Of a stretch of 39,099 nt of DNA, positions 35,492 through 39,099 are shown in pieces (positions within the stretch are counted from its first letter, which is position 1; each line of letters begins with the position of its first letter). The DNA lies in the IMG/VR virus record IMGVR_UViG_3300017707_001960, positions 1-39,099 of that record; one strand, 5' to 3'. A program made the position numbers and the translations under genes. Origin of the DNA: a virus (lineage: Duplodnaviria > Caudoviricetes). A model generated the notes under the pieces. The model had not been told where the DNA came from, ran no database searches, and saw nothing but the letters and a program-made list of their open reading frames with translations.

Positions 35492-36648
35492 GTGCGCTGA
35501 AGCGCAAGATCGCGGGGGTGAAGGTGCGGTTTTACAAGCGCACGGCGGGATCAAATCTGAGCATGGATTTTGAGATCGACGGGGAGCGGTTTCAGGAATC
35601 GACGGGCTGGCCGCACATCGCGGACGCGGAGCGGGTGGCGTTGGATCGCATCAACAAGATCAACGAGGCTCGGCGTGCGTTTGGAGCGGGGGCACTGGTG
35701 CGTGGATCTATGGCGACGGTGGGCGAGGTGTGCGAGGCGCTGCGTGTAGGCGACAAGGTGATGGATGAGAAGACGCTGACGCGATACATGGCGGCGCTGG
35801 TGTGTCTGGCGCGGGTGGTGGATGAGGCGCGGCCTCTCGATGTGACGCTGGACAAGGTGATTGATCGCGTGACGCTGGAGCGGTATGTGAGTCTGGCGCA
35901 GGGCAATCAGGGGCGCGGCGTGAACTGGCACGATCAACTGCCGATGAACGGCGCGATCAATTCGACGCTGCGGAATGCGGCGAGTTTGTTCCAAGAGAGG
36001 CTGGTGGGAAGGCACTTGAGCGCGCTGCGGCTGCCGCCGCTGGAGCCGCTGCGGAAGTTCACGGCGCTGCCGACTCTGCCGACTCATTTTATCCCGTGGC
36101 CGACTGAGAATGTGACGGCGATGGACGCGGCAGCGCGGGCGCTGAAGACGGAGCAGCCGGAGCTGTGGCTGTGCCATGTGATGCTGCGCAGGCTGGGGCT
36201 GCGTGATGCGGAGCTGCTGGGCGCGCGGGCGGCCTGGGTGCAGTGGGGGCAGGATGGCAAGGCGTGGTTGGATCTGCGCACACGCACGGCGGAGGGTGGC
36301 GAGCCTGCTTTCCGACTGCTGAAGGGTGGCAAGCCGCGCCGTCTGGCGCTGGATGCGGAGATTCAAGAGGCTTTGCGGGGGCGCCCGGGCTGGCTGATCG
36401 GTGACGGCTGGGGCGAGTCAAAACGCTACGATTTTGTGTATCGTGAGCATTGCGACTGGTTGCGGCCGTTTGTGCCGGAGGGGCGCATGAAGGTGAATCA
36501 CGAGCTGCGGAAGCTGGCGGCGAGCCGGGTTTACACGCAGCACGGGATCGCCGCGGCGGCGTATTTCCTGGGCGACTCGGTGACGACGACGGAGCGCTAT
36601 TATGCGGCTTGGACGGCGGAGGCTCCGGTGGTGGCGTGGGAGGTGTGA
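35488..36648 (+). CDS. int: Phage tyrosine integrase
   Basis: N-terminal arm-binding-like domain, LGLRDAEL, HELRK, YFLGDS..TTERYY; next to attP. Confidence 0.82.
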   Translation: MSALKRKIAGVKVRFYKRTAGSNLSMDFEIDGERFQESTGWPHIADAERVALDRINKINEARRAFGAGALVRGSMATVGEVCEALRVGDKVMDEKTLTRYMAALVCLARVVDEARPLDVTLDKVIDRVTLERYVSLAQGNQGRGVNWHDQLPMNGAINSTLRNAASLFQERLVGRHLSALRLPPLEPLRKFTALPTLPTHFIPWPTENVTAMDAAARALKTEQPELWLCHVMLRRLGLRDAELLGARAAWVQWGQDGKAWLDLRTRTAEGGEPAFRLLKGGKPRRLALDAEIQEALRGRPGWLIGDGWGESKRYDFVYREHCDWLRPFVPEGRMKVNHELRKLAASRVYTQHGIAAAAYFLGDSVTTTERYYAAWTAEAPVVAWEV

Positions 36649-36676
36649 CCGGGAAACCGTTCTTTGTTCGTGGTGC

Positions 36677-37234
36677 TTAGTTCTTGGTCGCACTAGCAAG
36701 GCCGGGCACGAGTTCGGCCTCGATGACGGTGGCGCTTTGCTGTTCCAAGGCGGCGCGGCGTTCGGCGGCGGCTTTGCGGGCGGCTTCGAGTCGGTCTTGA
36801 GCGGAGACGGTGACGACGGCTTTAATTTCCGTGGGCATGCCGTGCAGGCTGCGCTCGATGTCGTGGGCCATTTTGGTGCTCATGGACACGGCCATGAGGT
36901 CGGACTTTTTCGCGTCGGGTATCAACTCGACCATCTTTTCCGTGCCTTGGAGGACGGCGAGCTGCGCATTTTTGGCGGCGAGTTCGGCGAGTTGTTCAAC
37001 GGTGAACTCGGTTCGCATGAGGGCGGCGATGGTTTGCCGGGACTTTCCCACGCCTAGCTTGCCGAGTTCGCGTTCGAGTGCGGAGATGTTGGTGATGCCG
37101 TGCTCGCGGATCATCTCGACGCAAATGGCGTAGCTTTCGGGATCGCTGCTTTTCCAATTCTTCGCCGTGTGCTCGCGCCACAAGTCGATGGGATGCGGAG
37201 GCAGATCGGCGAGGGGAAGCGGCGGGGTGGTCAT
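36677..37234 (-). CDS. HTH/helical protein, terminase small subunit-like
   Basis: HTH-like NISALERELG...SRQTIAAL, helical core, G.PTEI motif, C-terminal VIEAELV; assignment is inference. Confidence 0.45.
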   Translation of the reverse strand: MTTPPLPLADLPPHPIDLWREHTAKNWKSSDPESYAICVEMIREHGITNISALERELGKLGVGKSRQTIAALMRTEFTVEQLAELAAKNAQLAVLQGTEKMVELIPDAKKSDLMAVSMSTKMAHDIERSLHGMPTEIKAVVTVSAQDRLEAARKAAAERRAALEQQSATVIEAELVPGLASATKN

Positions 37235-37302
37235 AGGTTTTAGAATGTTTCCGGTTTTGCGGGTGCTACCCAGAAATATTGTCTGGATAGTTCTTGTTAG
37301 CT
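37231..37302 (+). other. attI-like site B (second copy of attI plus intI leader)
   Basis: Reverse complement matches 8838-8910 in two blocks; core GTTAGCT at 37296 matches R'' at 37521. Confidence 0.82.
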
Positions 37303-37589
37303 GACTTCCAAAGGCGCGCCCACATCGACGGGCGGCGGAGTTTCTGGTTCTCAAATTCTAGTCGGTCGGCGCGGGCTTTTTCAGCGCGATACCATACACA
37401 CAGCCATGTGCGCCAACGGTTAATTGTGTATTGACTGCTCTGCCATTTATTAATCCGCCGTTCAAGCTTCTGACAGCGACGATTCAGGCGTCGGTTCGTC
37501 TCGCGGGCGATAGCCAAGTCAGCTAACAAGGCGCTGGACTCCGACAGAATGGGCTTCTGTGTCGTATCGATGGGGTGATTCTGTTCCAT
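37266..37589 (-). CDS. Hypothetical coiled-coil protein (cassette B1)
   Basis: Starts in the attC B1 loop and ends in attI-B (ANKNYPD). Confidence 0.7.
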   Translation of the reverse strand: MEQNHPIDTTQKPILSESSALLADLAIARETNRRLNRRCQKLERRINKWQSSQYTINRWRTWLCVWYRAEKARADRLEFENQKLRRPSMWARLWKSANKNYPDNISG

Positions 37590-37650
37590 ATTCTATTGTT
37601 CCATGGCAGGTTTCCGCCGCCCATTCTGCGGGTCAGCTTGATCGTTCGTC
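37521..37650 (+). other. attC site B1 (130 bp)
   Basis: R'' AGCTAAC, AAGGC, L'' GCTGGACT, CAGAATGGGC/GCCCATTCTG stem, L' GGTCAGC, TTGATC, R' GTTCGTC. Confidence 0.88.
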
Positions 37651-37847
37651 CCCTGAGTGCGTCGCTTGGCCTTCGCGAGCCTCGCAAGCGCCCCTTCCTG
37701 CGTTAGGACGTGCGGAAGCGTGCCTTTCTCCCACTGCCACACGGCACGCGGGGAAACGTCCAGGAATGCGGCAAGCTCGGCCTGTGTCAGGCCGAGCCGC
37801 TCGCGTTGGTCTTTGAGTTGTTCAGGGAAGCTCACAGGATTTTGCAT
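37593..37847 (-). CDS. XRE-family HTH protein (cassette B2)
   Basis: LKDQRERLGLTQAELAAFLDVSPRAVWQWEKG. Confidence 0.88.
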   Translation of the reverse strand: MQNPVSFPEQLKDQRERLGLTQAELAAFLDVSPRAVWQWEKGTLPHVLTQEGALARLAKAKRRTQGTNDQADPQNGRRKPAMEQ

Positions 37848-38014
37848 CCGATTTCGTTTCCGGTGACGAAGCTTGAGACGTATTCCACGTCTCCGTCTTC
37901 CGTCGTGACCTCATAGGAGGTTCCTACTTTGTCGCTGATTTGGCCGAGGACCGAGCGGCCCATTCCAAAGTTGATCTTGACTGCGGTGCCGTTTTTGATG
38001 TCGAGTGTTTTCAT
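37832..38014 (-). CDS. Small beta-rich hypothetical protein upstream of HTH (cassette B2)
   Basis: 60-aa ORF overlapping the HTH start; preceded by a promoter/operator region. Confidence 0.7.
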   Translation of the reverse strand: MKTLDIKNGTAVKINFGMGRSVLGQISDKVGTSYEVTTEDGDVEYVSSFVTGNEIGCKIL

Positions 38015-38039
38015 GGTGTGTTCGGTTTGGTTACGTTTC

Positions 38040-38093
38040 TAGTTTCGCACATTATGCGAACAGAACAAGTAATATTTTCGCATATTGTGCGAT
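38040..38093 (-). promoter_or_regulatory. Promoter with twin palindromic operators (cassette B2)
   Basis: TTCGCACATTATGCGAA (38044-38060) and TTCGCATATTGTGCGAT (38077-38093); same 33-bp offset as in B4. Confidence 0.7.
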
Positions 38094-38315
38094 TTATTTC
38101 TCAGAGCACTCTGAGCATAGAGGAGCATTCCCGAACGCCCCGCCTCGGCTGTCCATGCCGTCGCGGCGCATCCAGTTTGATGCTGGTAGGAACTTCCCGC
38201 AGCCGATACCAGAGCCAACCATGCCCGTCGTGCTCATACCGCACTGCGTAAGCCATTCGTGACGGGGACGAACCATGCGCTGCTGACCAACTGGCGGGGC
38301 GGATGAGTCTTTCAT
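38094..38315 (-). CDS. Possible Cys-containing small protein (cassette B2)
   Basis: ATG in the attC B2 loop overlaps the upstream stop (ATGA); CG..GCGKF..CSEC. Confidence 0.4.
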   Translation of the reverse strand: MKDSSAPPVGQQRMVRPRHEWLTQCGMSTTGMVGSGIGCGKFLPASNWMRRDGMDSRGGAFGNAPLCSECSEK

Positions 38316-38366
38316 GGTGGCGATGCTGGTAGCGCCCCGCCAGTGGCAGAGCTTGAAGCGTTCTCC
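38267..38366 (+). other. attC site B2
   Basis: R'' GACGAAC, CATGC, L'' GCTGCTGA, ACTGGCGGGGCG/CGCCCCGCCAGT stem, L' GCAGAGC, R' GTTCTCC. Confidence 0.88.
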
Positions 38367-38551
38367 CCCTTGCGGGAGCGCTTCGGACTGCGGAGTGCAA
38401 GAAGCTCTAGCGCCATCGCTGCCTCTTGCGTGATAGTGCCGCCTTGCTCGCGCTGGTTGATTGCTTTGCGGCTTACTCCCAGCGCAACGGCCAGAGCGGC
38501 CTGGGTCATCCCCAGCCGCTCCCGTGTGGCTTTGTATTCGTCGGAGGTCAT
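38312..38551 (-). CDS. XRE-family HTH protein (cassette B3)
   Basis: MTSDEYKATRERLGMTQAALAVALGVSRKAINQREQG. Confidence 0.85.
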   Translation of the reverse strand: MTSDEYKATRERLGMTQAALAVALGVSRKAINQREQGGTITQEAAMALELLALRSPKRSRKGENASSSATGGALPASPP

Positions 38552-38799
38552 GCTACTGCTTTTTCCCATCCGCGAAAGTTGCCGGACTCAAACTCATTGA
38601 TCATGTAAAGCTTCGTTCCGTTGCCGCGAGTCGCTACGATTTCGCGCTTGATCTTGTTTTCCTTCATCACCCGAGCGGTGTTTTCACGACCGCGAGCGGC
38701 GACTTGCTCTGGAGTGAAGGATTGCAGGACATTGAATGTGAGACCGTTGATTTCGATCTTTTCGATTGCGATGTGAGGGGCGATTGATGTTGTGTTCAT
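38548..38799 (-). CDS. Small hypothetical protein upstream of HTH (cassette B3)
   Basis: 83-aa ORF with ATGA overlap to the HTH gene. Confidence 0.72.
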   Translation of the reverse strand: MNTTSIAPHIAIEKIEINGLTFNVLQSFTPEQVAARGRENTARVMKENKIKREIVATRGNGTKLYMINEFESGNFRGWEKAVA

Positions 38800-38807
38800 G
38801 GTGAGAG

Positions 38808-38859
38808 ATAGTAACCCAAGGTTACAGCCAGTCAAACGCTAAATGTAACTTTTCGTAAC
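38808..38859 (-). promoter_or_regulatory. Sigma70-like promoter with twin operators (cassette B3)
   Basis: Minus strand TTGACT-N16-TACTAT; GTAACCCAAGGTTAC (38811-38825) in the spacer and GTAACTTTTCGTAAC (38845-38859). Confidence 0.7.
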
Positions 38860-38884
38860 TTTATTCAACGTCTGGCAGAACGGG

Positions 38885-38983
38885 GGAGAACAAGCCCACT
38901 GGAGCTAACCTGATGGGCGAGGTTGCACCATCGGCTAGCCACGCTTTGCCCGCCCATCAGGTAGCTCACTGGAGATGTTCTCA
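38885..38983 (+). other. attC site B3
   Basis: R'' GGAGAAC, L'' ACTGGAGC, ACCTGATGGGCG/CGCCCATCAGGT stem, L' GCTCACT, GGAGAT, R' GTTCTCA. Confidence 0.85.
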
Positions 38984-39099
38984 TTCCTTCGGACGCGCCT
39001 TGGCCTTCGTGAGTCGAGCCAATGCACCTTCCTGCGTGATCTTGATGGGCGTGCGAATCTCTCGTTCCGCTTTGTCCACCCATGAGGCAGATACCTCCA
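38977..39099. repeat. Terminal direct repeat (copy 2)
   Basis: Identical to 1-123. Confidence 0.95.

Larger units (their letters stand above)
1..39099. mobile_element. Complete temperate tailed phage genome in circular (attP-intact) form
   Basis: Terminase, portal, capsid, lysis, DnaB, integrase with tRNA-derived attP; terminal overlap; no host housekeeping flanks. Confidence 0.92.

Noticed and set aside
38128-38200. Extra attC starting at CCCGAAC
   Set aside because: No matching L boxes or R'; the cassette start GTTCGTCCCC pairs with 38264-38273 instead

Overview
This window is an apparently complete, circular temperate phage genome of about 38,976 bp; bases 1-123 repeat exactly at 38977-39099. 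It has a divergent HTH switch, a replication module (initiator-like protein, DnaB, SSB-like protein), an acyl carrier protein, terminase, portal, scaffold and capsid genes, podovirus-like tail and ejection genes, an amidase lysis module, and a tyrosine integrase next to an attP carrying the 3' half of tRNA-Leu(TAA). The standout feature is a phage-borne integron. An intact IntI-type integrase (8907-9911) is coupled to terL. Two near-identical attI-like sites lie in inverted orientation (8838-8910 and 37231-37302), heading two cassette arrays with 2 and 7 attC sites. Each cassette's R'/R'' ends are complementary. All cassette genes are antisense to the usual attC polarity and point toward attI. 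All 8 ORFs that cross a crossover point read its AAC as an in-frame Asn codon, and several attC loops carry stop-N3-ATG signals. Three cassettes carry a small unknown gene plus an XRE HTH gene with a twin-operator promoter, resembling acr-aca or TA modules. A PVC/Verrucomicrobia-like host is only an inference from the repeat types. All calls are by eye, with no database searches.
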